A stretch of DNA of 64,000 bases from Moniliella sp. 'wahieum' (GCA_003971905.1 RSEE01000005.1:806001-870000), one strand, 5' to 3'; positions 11,954-27,189 are shown, numbered from the stretch's first letter. The notes: generated by a model from the letters alone, not told the origin. Numbers and translations are program-made.

Positions 11954-13510
11954 TGTAGAGCCTGTCCATTCTCCAGTTTCACAGACGATAATAGCGAAAG
12001 TGACATCAGTCCAAGTATACATCTACGACGGTTCTTCTGGTCTCTCCTCTTCCGTCATATAGGCCCTCTTGATCCGATGTCTATTTCTTCTCAATGTGTC
12101 GTAAAAGCAGCAAATCTGTCTGTGCCGCTAATATGACGACTGTGCCATCCGCTTAACTCTGTCCCATCATTCTCGATTGGAAACATGCTCGCACCGTCAC
12201 CGAGTTGCACGCCATCTGCCTCCGTATTAGCTCGGTGCAATTAGAGGGGAAAGAAGAGAACGAAAAAAGAAACCATGATTCTCCCTATACAGAGCGAAGT
12301 TGGACACTAGTGGGGACGTTCAATCCTTTGATGGCTGGGGTGGCGTTGATCGCGTACCAGGTTGGTTTACTGCGCTACTCGACCTCGGGTGCTTCGCTGC
12401 TAGTCACCACCACTGACACACCTTCTTGCAAGGAGGTGGATGAGTGTTGATAGGAGATCCCTCCGCTTCCGGAACAGAGGAACTTGCTTCTTGAGTTCAT
12501 CCGTCTTGGGACCAATGTGAGAGGAGGCCGGCTTGCAGCCAGCTAATCTGCTTCTGCGCTATGTTTGCCGTCCTCCTGTTGGGGCATACCTTTATCTTCG
12601 ATGCGCGCTATACATAAAGTACTTTCATTGGGATGCCTAACGTATGGTACTTTGCATGCAATCCCTGCTTACTCTTTCGTCGTGTTATGCCGAGGCTTCG
12701 ATCCCAATTGCACAATCAACTGGTAGCACGGATCGCTAATGGGTTATGATCTTCGTTCTTCTTTCTTCTTCATCACTCCTGTTAAAAGTGACGAGAAGAG
12801 GGTACAGTAGATCTCTAAGTGTGCTTTGCGAGAGCCGTCCTTGCGTGCTTTCTTACCACAAAAATGCCAGATATGCTGCCTAGATTTTTGGCGCGCAGGC
12901 TGACTTGCCACACACCCAGAGTTTTGCGTCACATGATGTACCACTACTAATGAGCCTGGTGACCCAGCGACTTCCTAAGTGCAGTTATGCAATGGCCGAG
13001 AGAAGACAGGAGCTGGGTTGAACCCAGACTGAGGATCAGAGAGAAGAGAAGAAGAGAAGAAAGGAGAGCGGCACTAGGCCAGGGGATAGGGATACTGGTG
13101 TGGTGCCCGGATGAGTAAGATGGTCAGGAGTGCCGCGGAGGTGGCTGGCCCATAGGACCCTGGTCAACAACTACTGCCATGGTGTCTCGCTAAAGCTGGA
13201 GACGCTGACGATCCGTCGCCTGATCTGGTTGACATCTCCGGATCGGAGGTTGTGTAGCAGGGTGTATCGAGGTGAGCGCGGAGGAAACGTTTTGAACTTC
13301 AAGGCAACAAACACCGTGTTGATATTGTACCAGCTTTCTGTATCGGACCGCAGACGGAGATATTCTGTGTTGGGTGCAGCGAACGGGTTGGTGGCGTCAT
13401 CGGGGTTGGTGTCAGGGATTTTGTCTATGAGGATGGTAGAAGAGGGAGGCTAGGTATACAATTCCTGTTCGTTTTGTGTACTTTCGGAGCTGGAGGAAGC
13501 GACGCTATCA

Positions 13511-13603
13511 CTCTCCTTAGCTCAGTTGGAAGAGCGTCAGATTGTAACTGGTTGCCTGCGGATATCCGCTCTGAATGTCCTGGGTTCGACTCCCAGAGGG
13601 AGA
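13511..13603 (+). tRNA. tRNA-Tyr(GTA) with a ~20-nt intron
   Basis: CTCTCCT acceptor strand, TAGCTCAGTTGGAAGAGC D-arm, TCAGA/TCTGA anticodon stem, GTA at 13544-13546, intron about 13548-13568, CTGGG-TTCGACT-CCCAG T-arm, downstream T-run. The 3' acceptor strand is one G short, probably a homopolymer error. Confidence 0.9.
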
Positions 13604-14272
13604 TTCATTTTGCTGCCCGCTCCTTGGTGTGTGCGTGCAGCTGACCATATTTTATGCGTCTTGAGCTGCTGTGTTCCGCCTACTCGTGCTGCTTGATATA
13701 ACTAAGCTTGAACGAAGCAGAGAGTGACGCTGCCCAGCTGTACTGCCGACAGAGCCCAAGTTGAAGTCAGCCTGACAAAAAGGCGGGGGGTGACGGAGGG
13801 AGGTGGGGCGAAGGTGGGCAATCATTTAACCATTGGGGTCAAGCGGGTATTGTGGTGAGCGCGAGGCCGGTGAGCCTGGTGAGCCGTGGGGCTGGCACTT
13901 GCTGTGCCTTGGATTTGTGGCCACCGTGGCGGCCGTCAGCGTCATCGGATGATGATTAACATCGGTCACCGATGACGGCCATCACACGTCGGAGGATGCA
14001 CAGGCCAAGCAGGAGGCCTGAGGGTTAGCCTGAAGCCTTGGAAGCCGGAGGACACCACAGCGCACCTGTGCGTTGACCAGCGAGTGTGGGCGCTAGGTTG
14101 ATGACGATTATGTAACGCAAACAAGACTGCCCTCCTGCCTGCAGTGTGCCAGCTGGCAGGGCGGGGTGGGTGTCGGCAGGGGGCCGCAGTCGGGAAGGGC
14201 CGGGCGTTCAGCTGGTCAGGCTGCTTGGTTGGAAGCCGCCTTGCTCCTCTTCCTCGACCCGTCTGTATCGCC

Positions 14273-14723
14273 ATGTCTGCCCGTCTGCTCGTCCGTGCTG
14301 CCGCGCCCGCCGTCCGGGGGTCGCGCACCTTCGCCACCTCGGCGCCCCGCGACATTGTCCAGGACCTGTACCTGAGCAACCTTAAGAGCTTCAAGCCGGC
14401 ACCCAAGGTCAGTCTTCCTCCCCGTCATCTTTTCTTGCTGGCTCGGCCTTCCCTTTGCCTCACCATCATGTGCTGACCTCTGCTCTCCTTTAGGCCGCTG
14501 ACGCTCATGTGGGCATTGTTCGCGAGTTCAGCGCGCCCAAGGCCCCAACGGCGCCGGAGCTGCCGTCGTCTTCGGCCCTCGCGAGCGAGCTGGACGCCTA
14601 CGCCGCCGCTGAGCCCGACCACGCTGAACCCCCCAAGACTGAGGGCCCACCGATGCTGGTCTGTCCATCTCGGAGTACCTCAAGGAGGCTGCCAAGCCCA
14701 TTGAGTTCCACGCTGAGCATTAA
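14273..14723 (+). CDS. ATP14: Mitochondrial ATP synthase subunit h
   Basis: Presequence MSARLLVRAAAPAVRGSRTFATSA, DIVQDLYLSNLKSFKPAP, intron 14408-14493, AADAHVGIVREFSAPKAP...ELDAY. Confidence 0.88.
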
Positions 14724-15949
14724 GCCTCTGCTCGGGCCTAGGGACACGCCTGCTTTCAAATAAAAGCCTTGATGCACATGCCCTGCCAACGACTGCTCTC
14801 GGGATAGGTGCGGAAGAAGGGTGACCTTGCCCAGGCCAAATGACAGACCCCAACCGTCTCATCATGTCTTTTCGTCTACTAAGATGCGCAGATGATCTAG
14901 TGGCTCATGGTCAATCAGCGATATGGCGGAGGAAATATGTGAGGGAGGGAACAGCTACGTTTTCCTTGCGGTTGGATAGACAGAGAGGGGCCTGAAAGTT
15001 ACTGTGTGGGAATGCTAAGGAGGAAACGATCCAGATTACAATTAGATGGGAACGGCCAAGCACATCAAGTACGAGGCTATTATGGGAGGGAGTGTTTGTC
15101 CCGACGGTCTTTACGGCTGGTGGGAATAGAGTCGTCCAACCTGGCAGATGCTTGCGCTTTCGTGCGACCGGGCCGGGGCACGACTTACCCCGCCTTCGTC
15201 GGGTCTTTTGCACTCCAGCTCTTTCGGGGCGCTTCGCATGGGATCAACGATCAACCTCTTGTCCCGATGCCCCCGTGGTTGAGGCGGAGGACACGACTGA
15301 GTTTGTGGGGGTGCACTAAGGACCTCGCTTAGTGTTTTCTATGGTCTACAGCTAAGTGTTCGGTGTCGTTATCGTTGTTAGCATTATGTGTCTAGAAAAG
15401 ATTATAGGGAGGCTCAGAAAGGAAAACCGGGCCACTGATTACTTCAGTAGACGTGAGATCTCGATCATGGCAGACCCCGGTCCTGCACGCATTACCGTGT
15501 CCCGGCATCATGCGGGTGGACCAAGATATTCTAACAGCCTGTGAACGACTGATGGGTACAGGGTTGACGCTCGCGACACTCACCATGCATGTATACCCTG
15601 TGGACAAGAACATGCTACTAGGGGGATTGTCGGGAACGAACATATGGACACAATCTGCAAAATCTGTATGATAAACGGAGGGCGCAGACGTCATTTTGAT
15701 GTGCATGAGATTGATCTGTTTTACATGTTGTACAAGAAAGTGTTCAAGGGGGGGGGGGGTGAGAAAGGCATGAAAAGGGTGCGGGAGCATGCAGGGAAAG
15801 GTGGAAGGTAGGCAGGTATGCGGCAACATGGAGTGCAGCTCCCTTGTCAACGGCCGAATGCAAATGAAAAAGATCGAGAGTGTCGATCGGAAATAATGCG
15901 TCCAGGGCAGGGACTGTCTTTTGAAATTGGGTGTTAGCATCCGGGAGAT

Positions 15950-16672
15950 CAAGCCTTGGGCGCCGCTGGAACTCTGCAAGCACAGGCTTGATCAGCCGGA
16001 AAGCATCGTAGATCTCGTCACGATGCTTAGCGCCGGTAAGGACAATCTTGCCCGAGACGAAAACGAGAAGAACAACCTTGGGCTTCACCATACGGTAGAT
16101 AAGACCAGGAAGAGCTCAGGCTCGTACGAAGTGAAAGGGCCGTGCGAATAGGCCAGCCCCTCAAGGCGAATGGGGAAGCCAACATCACACGAGCCCACAA
16201 TGTTCTGAATCTTGAATTCGGTAAACTTGGCTTCAAACCCCAGCTTCTGAACAATGCGCGCATACTTGCGACTGGCCAAACGGCTGTCGTCCTCAGACTT
16301 GGCACCTGTTACCACATCTTGCCCGAGGCAAAGAGCAAAGCAGTGGTCCGAGGCTCTCGAATACGCATAATAACCGCAGCAAACCGCTTGGGGTTGTACT
16401 CGGCGTTGCGGGCACGGGGGCAATCGTCTTGAGGTCCAAGCGCACTTCGAGGTTCACCGTCGCAACAATGTTTCTGCACAGCAAGAACCAGTTGAGCTGG
16501 GGTGCCCAGGAGAGAATAGGACGAACTTACTGTAGCGTAGGCATCACCTCGTGCTGGGCTACGGCCGGCGTCGCGGGAGTAGCAGGAATGGCCGGGGAGA
16601 GGGGACGAGCTGCTTTGCTGGGGCAGAGACGGGGGCCGACGGAGCGGCCCCAGGCAGGGCAAGGCTAGCCAT
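15950..16672 (-). CDS. TBP: TATA-box-binding protein
   Basis: PTLQ, intron, [79 protein letters not shown]. Stop position is uncertain because of frameshifts. Confidence 0.97.
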
Positions 16673-16874
16673 GTTGGGCTGCGGGGAGACCGATGAGGGC
16701 AGTGGGAAGACCGCTGGCGGCGAATAAGCGATGCGCGGGGAGGCTGGCGTGCACAACAGGACAGGTGTGGCGGGGGTCGCGTGGGGAGCGCAGACGAACC
16801 TGGGCGCTGAAATTTCAAAACCCACGGGAGGGAGGGCGAGCGAAAAGCGGGGGCGACCGCATCTGCCCGCCGGC

Positions 16875-16882
16875 CTTTTATA
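16875..16882 (-). promoter_or_regulatory. Candidate TATA box of the TBP gene
   Basis: TATAAAAG on the minus strand about 200 bp upstream of the ATG, in GC-rich context. Confidence 0.5.
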
Positions 16883-18968
16883 CGTTTGGCTACATCACCG
16901 ATGATATGCCATTCTGGTCGGTGATGGCGCGCGACACTGACAAATTTTTAGGGCAGCCACAGCGCCAGTGTCTGGAGTCGCGGGGGAATCTGCGGGCCCG
17001 CACGGCGCCTGTGTCGCTGCGTCTCGGCTGGCTGCTTTCAGACCAAGGGAGCCCGCCGCCTCTACCGCATCTTGTGGCACACGGCAGTGTGGCGCGTGGG
17101 ACGCGCAGCGGGGGCGAGGATTGGGCAAGGCCAGGGAGAGAACGCGTCACCCACACTGTCCCCATGCTGCTTCCGACTTCCGGGCGATCTGCACGCGACG
17201 CGTCGCGCGTCCCCGCGTCAGATGCTGCTGCCCCTTGCTATCGCGTGGGTAAGGCCGTTAGCGCGCGTGAGATGACGCGCTGACGTCTAGCGGGACCATC
17301 TCCCCGCACGCCCCAGTGAATTCCCTCGCTCTCCGTCCCCACCTTCCCTCATACCCAAAGAATGCATTTGGCCCACCATCACGGCGCTATTTTGGCTCAC
17401 AGCGATCTCAAGCTGATGCATCACCGTAGCAACACCAAGTCCGTGTATGCGTGTCACTTTAGTTCCTCTCCTTTCCAGACGCCAGGTGGAGATACTGAGC
17501 CAGCGCAGTCGCTTGGCTCTCAAGCCGCTCATGTTCGGCCCCCACCTTGTCATCTGACATTTCATCCAACTCCCCTGCATCTCCCCTGCATCTCCCCTGC
17601 GTCACCACCATCCTCTGCTCTTACTCACCCTGCCTTACGTATATATCCGCATCAACCATGAAATGGTATGGCCCTGCGTGGAAGCCACTCTCCGACACGT
17701 TTGCCAGTTGCGAAAAGGTGCAGGACGAGGAAGATGGGCAGCAGGAGCGGGAGAAAGTCATCGAGCGGCGAGGAGATACAGGGAGGAGGAGCGGGAGGAG
17801 AAGGGGAACTTGTTGCTCGTTCCATTGGCATGGCCCTTGTCATCAAAGAAGAAAATGTCCCGTGTGATGTTCATGTGGGGAAAGCGACCCCATGACTGAC
17901 AGTCTTGAGTAGAGGGACAGATCAAGTACCTTGGTCAAACCCTTCGTGAGGGGCTAGCGGGTGTCCTCGGCTGCTTGGAGCGAGGCCTGGTCCATAGGCC
18001 TGGTCCATCGCTCTCCCATTCAAGGTCGTGTGCCGCTCGAATGAACGAGTGGGACCGGTAACCGTTTGGGAGGCTGCCCTTGCTGGCCCACGGATTGGTC
18101 AACTGGTCCATATGCGCCTTGCCATCATCCCCTAGCCAACGGCCTAAGAGATTCGCCCCTTTCACCCCTCGCTCTAGGAGTCACGGCCGCATGGTGCGAC
18201 GCGATGGATGCCGCCGCCTTCTGTGGGCCAATGGGGGCAGAGTGTCAGAACAAAAAAGTCCATCGACTTTCGCTGCCATCGGCTGAATGAAGAGGCCTTT
18301 GTCCGACTGGAGGGACTCGAGCGTAGAGCAAGAGAGGACAAGTATGCGGAAGGTGGCAAAAGATATGAGGGCATTTTCTTTACGAAACGGATCAGAAGCA
18401 TAGGGTGTGGACGGTGGGGCCGGGCAGTTGACTGTCATTCGATAGAGTGGACACATGGGCATGTGCAGTGCTCCACACACACTCGATGTTGCGCTTCAAC
18501 TGAGCTTCTCAGTTGGATGACGCTTCATGCAACACAGATAGAGGGAAATCAATTCGCTCTGCTATACCGCAATGGAGCCGATAGTATCCTCCCATGGCAG
18601 GTGTCAGATTTTGGGAACGCGGGAAATTTGGGAAGATGAATTCAAAGAATTCGGGTATTCGAGGAAGACTTGTTGGCTTCAACCTTGAAGCTTGAAGCTT
18701 GATAACAGACTCGGAGCAGTCGAACTGGCGGCAAGCTACGGGTTGCGGCGGAGAATAGCACCGAGAGCCAAGGCGAAGGAAACAAGGGTCGACGAAATCC
18801 AGCGGCCGTCTACGAAAAGCGCCTGCCCGAAGTACAATAGGTTTGAGTGTGGGCGCTGTTCCGCCCTGAGAGTCGGTGCAACTGATGGGAACAGATTCCG
18901 CTCATTTTTTCCGGGATAGCGCTGTCCCAACTGTGAGCTACCCTCGAACATCAACCCACCACCTAAGC

Positions 18969-19910
18969 ATGCCCCCGCCACGGCAGCTCAAAGGGCAGCT
19001 TCTCGCGCGAAAAAGCCGTATGAACGCCCATCTCACATCCATACACCCAAGAACGGGGGGAAAACTGTTCCTAGGGAAGGGACATTACCCCGTCTAGCGC
19101 ACGGCGCCCTATTGGCTGACCGAGTTCCAGTCGACCAAGCCTCCAAGGCGTTTGGGGCTTTACGCTCCTTCTACCTTTCATCGTCGGGGAGCGATAAAGG
19201 TATTACGGAGGAGACAATTCTCGATGGGGACGTGGGAGACAAGACGTTGGTGGTGTTTTTGCAAGTCGGATTAAAGCCGTTGAAAGGTAAAACTAGGGCC
19301 CGTTCCATCCCTGTGCCTCACGCCTTGACCAAGGAGAGCATCTGTCTCCTGACTCCCGACCCGCAGAGATGGTGGAAAGATGCGCTGGTTGAGCGCAAGG
19401 TGCGGGGGGTCGGGTGGTGGGCGTGACCAACTTGGGGGGCAAGTTCAAAACCGGAGACGCGCGTCGCAAGCTGCAGGAGGATCACGACCGTTTCCTTTGT
19501 GACGATCGCCTCCTCCCGCTGCTCCCCAAACTCCTGGGTCCCAAGTGGTGGTCGGGGCGCAAACGGCCACAAGGCGTAGACCTACGAGATCCTGAACTGG
19601 TCAAAACACATTTGGAAGAAGCGTGTGCTTGCACCCCTCTTTCCCTCCCTCTGGCGGCGGTTCCGCCTCCATCCGTCTCGGCCATCTCCGTTCCCACTCG
19701 ACGGCCGACTTGGTGGATAACCTTACGGCTGTCCTTGTAAAACTGGAAGAGGTGGTCCCTGGAGGATGGGAGAATGTCCTCTCTCTGGATGCTAAGCTGG
19801 CCATGTCGGCTGCCCTGCCGCTGTGGCGTGTCGGTGAGATCCAGCCGGCGAATTCAGGACTGACGTCGGGTTCCGACCAGATCAAAGGGAGCAAGAAGGT
19901 GTCGCGGTAA
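18969..19910 (+). CDS. Ribosomal protein L1 domain-containing ribosome biogenesis protein (Cic1/Utp30/RSL1D1-like)
   Basis: SIPVPHAL..SICLLTPDPQR, GKFK..DARRKL..DHDRFLCDDRLLPLLPKLLG, SIRLGH, VPGGWENV...SAALPLW. Start and end are approximate. Confidence 0.85.
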
Positions 19911-20651
19911 TGGATGAAAGCAATCACGGCCTGGACGACAAATAGCAACTAGTCCAGCATCCTTCCCGCCTTCCCCAACCAAGATGCTTGCGTTCACCAA
20001 AACCCCACTAGGTAGGGAACGATCATTCATTGACAACCCTGTACAAGACATGGCGCACAAAACCTGCCCAAGCGCGTATGGCTGGCAAAGGGCGCCGTCG
20101 TAACCTATACCCATTTTCATACACACTACGGAGTCGGACTGACGGCATTGCCTGCGACAAGAGCCGCCGACAAAGGACGAAGCTGCCCAGTTTGAACGCG
20201 TGCACACTTACGCAGTCCCTCCGACGACGCCCTCCCCTCTACTCGCGCTTCCGCCAGCAAGCCTTTGCCTGGCTTTTCGACCGCGCTAGTAGCTATAGTG
20301 GGAATAGCGCGCAAGGATAATGCCTGATTGCATTATGCCGTCTACGGGGTATAACCACCCAACATGGAATTGTGATGGTTACGCCACACTTCATGGGTTT
20401 CATCCTAGGCAGGGGAACAGAGGTAGGCGGCATTTCTCAGTAACAAGGTGGGACTGAGGAGTAACACTCTAAGAAGAGGTTGTGTTTCGGACATACCTGA
20501 GCGCCATATTGTCTTCCGCATACTATACAGATGGCCAACCCCGCGTCGTCGATATGGGGCGGCGGCGGTGGATCGACCTTTGAGGGCGCATTCAGATCCA
20601 ACAATTTTTGCCCATTTTGGCTTGGTACCACCACCATCCATTTACCTTTTG

Positions 20652-21212
20652 ATGTCCTACACCTCTTCCAGGGCCGCGTGTTGCCGGCAGGTATGTTCCC
20701 CGTCGCTGGCACTTGGCGTACAGAGTGGGGATCTAACCCGTCTCCCCCAGCCCACTTACGTCTTCTCCCCCACGGAGGCAGATGGCTGCCTACTCTGTCC
20801 GCTGACGCGCCTGTTTCGGCGTGCCGTCGCCGCCCCTGCTTCCGTTGATGGGGGCGACACCCAGGCTTCCCCTGCCCATCTTTCTGGGACCACAACATCT
20901 GCTGCAGTCGCTGCCCCTACGACTGGCTCCGACCTAGGGACCGCTCCAGGGGAATGCATGACCTGCAGGGTGACGGGCGGCGTGGCGTTGACGGTCATTG
21001 GCGGGACGGCGTTGCACGAGAGCTACCTGCTGGGCACATTGACACGCAACATGCCGCGGGCGGCCCGTGTGGGGCGCAACCCTCTCGCTGGGAGGTGCGG
21101 CGTTGCTGACAGCAGGCCTGGCGCGCCTGACCGGAGTCTGGTCATGGGCGCCCGCACCGGCCCCGACGGCCCAGCGGGGGACACTGGCTTGATCGAGGGA
21201 GGGCAAGGGTAG
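20652..21212 (+). CDS. Small DUF4536/DMAC1-like membrane protein
   Basis: ECMTCRVTGGVALTVIGGTAL: a CxxCR motif followed by a hydrophobic helix. Boundaries uncertain. Confidence 0.55.
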   Translation: MSYTSSRAACCRQVCSPSLALGVQSGDLTRLPQPTYVFSPTEADGCLLCPLTRLFRRAVAAPASVDGGDTQASPAHLSGTTTSAAVAAPTTGSDLGTAPGECMTCRVTGGVALTVIGGTALHESYLLGTLTRNMPRAARVGRNPLAGRCGVADSRPGAPDRSLVMGARTGPDGPAGDTGLIEGGQG

Positions 21213-21829
21213 TGGGGACCATGTTGTACGTGGGCGGGACATCTGCATTGCTGTGTTGGCCATGTGTGCACTCAACGCCAGGAGGAATGAGGACTGATTG
21301 CCGTCGAGGCTGTTCGTAGGCCACGCGGCTGATGGAGCACCTGACGCTCATGCTTCCAGCAGCTCCTGAGGCCTGAGGACAGATCGCAAGCTAGCACCCT
21401 CCATTCCGCCCCCGTTCCGCCCTCGCTAGGCGGGAACGCATGGTGCCACACACTGCTGACCAGCTCACGACTTGAGCTACTCAAGCTTCAAGCTCCATCG
21501 CGCGGCGTTGGGCCGGCTGTGTTGCCGCGCTGTCCAACCCCCTGGGCGCGGTGGCGAGGATGCTGGCTGTGGGCTACCACCTCCGTCGCTCGCCTTGGAT
21601 TGTGGCTGCTTGCTGCGCCGTGGGTCCCCCAAGCGACGGTCAGATGCTCGCCGTCAATGTACGCGCCCAGCAGGCAGACTGGGGCAGCCAGACCCAGCCC
21701 CACATTGGCGGAGCTACCAGACGGAGCTAGACGTGTGCCCCCGACGTAGCCTGGGCCATCCAGACACCTGCTTTGCACATAAGGACACGGTGTGGATAGG
21801 AAACACGATACAGGATTCGATTGATTACG

Positions 21830-24760
21830 ATAAATAAGCACAAGCAGACAAGTTCATCGACCTTCGATCAAAGTAAACAGCACGGGCATCGACCCCCCTC
21901 CCTTTTCCCAGCTGGGTGTTTGCGAACGTCTTTAAAGTGGCGCATTGGCGATCCTGTCGATCAGCGCATGCCACTGCTGCGTCCGCTCCCACGCTCACCT
22001 CGGGCACGGCGGCATCGGCCAGTCCAGCAGACCTTCCATGGGCCAATCGGGCACCGACTCGTTCCAGATCCCACTGTTGATCACCAAGCCCGGCTCATCG
22101 GGCAACAGCCGCGTCTCCGCCATGGGCACTGCGGGGCTGGGTGAGGGAACGTATCGACCGGGTCACCCGAAGCGAAGCCCAACAGAAGCGGCGGCCTGAG
22201 CCCAGATCGATAGCAAGTCTTCCGACTCGGACGAAGGATCGGCACTGGTGTTGGCGCTCTCGGCCCGCTCCGTTGGCCCGTTGGGCGCGGTCCTCCCCTC
22301 CGACGGAACAAGCTGGACCACCTTCTTCTCTGCCTCGCTGCGCAGCTGCGCAATGCGCGCCAGAAACAAACTCAGCACCTGCACCTCGTGCTCGCGCATA
22401 TCGACCGGAACCCGGTCGGAACGGTAGAGCTGCGGTGGCTGTCGCCTTCCCCTCGGCGCTGGCTGGAAGAGCAGCGAGGAGAGTACGCCCATGCAACTGG
22501 CGCACATACTGGGTCAGGTGCTGGTACAGCGCGCGGTACACATTCAGCTCTCCGCTGTCCTCGGAAGCAGGCGCAGCAAACTCCACCTCAGCACTCTGCG
22601 ATGCCTCGAGCAGCAACGCGACTGCCGCGGTGAGGTGGGTGTAAAAGGCAGCATAAGGACTGAGGTGAATCGTATACGCCAGCGGCGTCTTTCCATTGAA
22701 CACGCGGCGCAGCGCAATCAAAAGTGAGAGCGGTTCGCAATGTCTGCCAAGGCCCCTGGGCACACGTCTCGCGTGCTTCGCGCTTGAAGCGACTTGCTTC
22801 CGCGCGATGTGCCGCGCAATAAGAGGGAACGGTAGAGTGCCAGACGGAAAAAGTTGATTTCGTTCTGGATCAGGAAGCGTTGGACGGGAAGGTAAGGCAG
22901 GGATTGTCGAGCGGGTGTGATACAGCAGTTCCTTGGTTTCATACGGCTTAGGCGTCACTTGAAAGTAAGCCGGCAGCGCTTGGCGGAAGGCCAAGACGCG
23001 TTGGTCCAACTCGAGGATCTTGCGAGCAAACTCATGCGACCCGAGTTTGGGCACAACCGTGTGGTGCAAGGTGACGAGATCCTGCAGCAGGTCGCTAAGC
23101 TGAGCACGGGTTTTGGAGTAGGCAAGGCAAGTAGGCCAACCAGTTTCAGGGGGGAGTGGCAAGTCGTTCCATCGCTCTGGCGTAGTGGGAGGGCGGGTTT
23201 CGGGCCACTCCTCTGCACGCCACATCCTCAGGAGGCAGGGTATCACATGTAGCATCGACAATCGCCGAAGGCCGTCCCACTGCAAAGCTTAACATCTTGT
23301 CTAGCCAGCGCGTGATGGCCCACACCACCCTGCGCATCTGCGTCGTCTCTGCATTCAAGCCAAGCCGTGTTCCATCACGGTGCAGGCCGACGGCCAGGGC
23401 GCTGCGTACCGCACGTGAACACATGGAATGCGCTGCATCCATCCTTCGGTCCAGGTAGAGGAAACGGCAACACTGCAACAATGCCATCACACGCGGGAGC
23501 TCCTCCAGCCTACCGCATCGGAGAGGAGAAGGACGCGCATCGCCCCATACAACAACCTCCGGCCAGCAAGTAGACGTACATGTTCATGACCCTGGGGTGT
23601 AATGTGGTCCCGAAGAGAAGCAGGGAGGCAGGCCAGTAGCTCGTCAAGCTGGGCCGCGGACATGGGGGCACTCAGCACCGCCATGCTGCATGTGGCAAAA
23701 GCAAGGCCAGGTCATTGAGTCTGGCTAAACTGGGACCAGCTTGTGCCCAGAGTATCTCCCAACGTTCCATGACGTACTTGCGCGGCAGCGGCGAGCGAAA
23801 CCAATTGACCGAAGTAAAGTAAAACTGGGCAAGGTGGCGCGTCATGGCTTCGGACGGAAGCGAGGCCCAGACTTGGGCAACCTCTTCGGAGGAGACACGT
23901 ACGACATGAGGTCGTCCAGCTCTTCGCCCTGTAGGCGTGCACCCAGCACCTGCTGAACCACCGGCATCTTTCTCTCCGTCTCCCTCTCAGATTTAACGCT
24001 TGGGGAGGATCGATAGTGTCAAGGAGGCGGTGGAGCGGCACAGCCATCGCCCCTGAAGAAAAGTACAGGCCTGTTCTGGTATCCATGTTCTGCTGGGCAT
24101 CAGTCGGGGGGGGCGACGAGCGAGACCTGTGGTCCCGCTGCCGGACAGAGACTGAAGCAACTCATCCGTCTTCTCTTGCTTGGAATGCAACTTCTCCACC
24201 GTCTCGGCGATCTGGGGGAGATACTCACAAAGCCGTTCCAAGCGGCCCACCGCGCGAGCATATCATTCGCGTCATCCCCGGGCTGGAAGGAGCGGCAGCG
24301 TTCAGGCACACGCCGGGTCTTGCAGTGGTTGCATGGAATCTCTCGGTTGCACTTTGCTTGCGGCGATGACACTCGGTGCCTGGTCTAGGTCAGCGTGCTG
24401 TACTCGCAGGGGAGGGGGGGAGGGGCGTACAGCTGTAGCATTATCTTGCGGGTGCGGCCATTATCACTGTTTCCAGATATCGAGAGGTGCGGACGCTTCT
24501 TCTGAGGCTGCGGCGAGGGGGGGAGCTGGGCCCCGAAGCGGGTGCCGATGTGGGATCGGATGCGGGGCCCGAGGCGGGACCCGAGGCGGGAGCCGAGGGT
24601 GGAATGGAGGCAGAGAGCAAGGGCATGGAGCTAGGCCCGGTGGGAGGCGGGGGCAGCGTGGCACTGGAGGGACGGTTTGCGAGCGGGGCAAGGACCAGGG
24701 AGGGGTTCTGCTGAGAGGGAAAGGCCCGATGGACGCCGCGGGGAGAGGCGGGGCAAGCCC
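21830..24760 (-). CDS. Zn(II)2Cys6 transcription factor with fungal-specific TF domain
   Basis: TECHRRK.KCNREIPCNHCKTRRVPERC near 24300-24380; AVRSALAVGLHRDG...QMRRVVWAITRWLDKMLSFAVGRPSAI..CDTLPP. Many frameshifts; ends approximate. Confidence 0.9.
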
Positions 24761-25373
24761 AGCCGTAGAGTGAGGAGTGGGGGCGATAGGGGACGGAGGG
24801 TGTCCAGTGGCGGGGGATGTTGACGAGGTGTGTGGGGGACGGAGGGGCGGGAGGCACAGGTTCGGAAAGAGGCGGGGCGGAGGGATGGAGGCGCGTGGGG
24901 AGTAGGAGGAGCTGACCGCCAGCGGAGGCGGCGGCGGCGGCGGGCGCCCGTGGCCGGTGGCAGGCAGGGAGGAGGAGGAGGACGCGGCGGGGCCGGCGGA
25001 GCGAGTGGCGGGTGCGCGGGCGGGGCACCCAGAGATGCGGCGGCAGGGGAGGGGCCATGGCGCGCACACCGCGTGGATGGAGGCGGTGTCGGGCAACGCA
25101 GCGGCAGACGCCGAGGTTAGCAGCGACGCCGACGCAGCCTGCCGCCGGCACGTGACCTGCGCTGCCGGGCACAGAAGGCCGAGCACGTCACGTGATGGGG
25201 CTTCGCCCCGTCTGCGCCGTTGCTGCCCGTCCAGCCAGCTCCGGCCTGCGCGGCTTTGCCCGCTGCTCCCGGCCCGGATCGGACGCAGCCCAGGCCCAGC
25301 CGCCCCCCCCCATCCCCCGCGCGACCCCCCCTTGGTCACCACCACCACCACCACACCACCACCCTCTGTGCCC

Positions 25374-26596
<1,223 letters not shown>

Positions 26597-27189
26597 TTCT
26601 CCTCTCTCCCGTCCCTTGCCCCCTGCCCTGCCCCTTCCTACCCCCCCTGCTGTCACGCATGTCAATCCGTCTTCCTCCCATTCCATAAAGGCCATGACAG
26701 ACACAGAAGGACGAAAAGCAGTCCGGCAAGTTCCCCGTGCTGTCTGGAGTGTTTGTGGTGTGTAATTGCGCGTATCCATGGGGCAGCGCCTCCATGATTG
26801 TTCAATGAACCGCCCCAGAAAGGAGGCGCTGCCTACGTGTCCACCCCAAATTGTGACAGGAGATCCATGGGAAAGCCAAAATAATACTCCTGTGAGGACG
26901 CGGAAGTGCGAGGCAGTGAAAGTGGATGGGCAGGGCGCGGCTGAGCCAATCTGCGGCTGTTGCGGAGAGCTACTGCGCAGTGCCAGGGAAAAAAGGCCAT
27001 CGGGGACGGCATCTAATAATCAGACTGGGGGGCAGCTGGAGCCATCGTAAGTGCCGCAGAGGGATGGGAGCTGATCGGCCCACTCCTCTGGCCAGGCTCT
27101 TCAGGATGGGTAGGAGGGTGGGTACGGAGCGCAAGAGGGATGCAATAATGCGGCCTAATGCGATTCCTCGAGCCTGTGTCGGCTAATAT

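Noticed and set aside
15744..15970. Apparent ~65-aa C-terminal extension of TBP
   Set aside because: A single indel just after VLAEF would bring a nearby TGA into frame. It cannot be trusted given the error rate.
17900..18400. Possible hypothetical gene on the minus strand
   Set aside because: Fragmented short ORFs with no recognisable domain or reliable splice structure.
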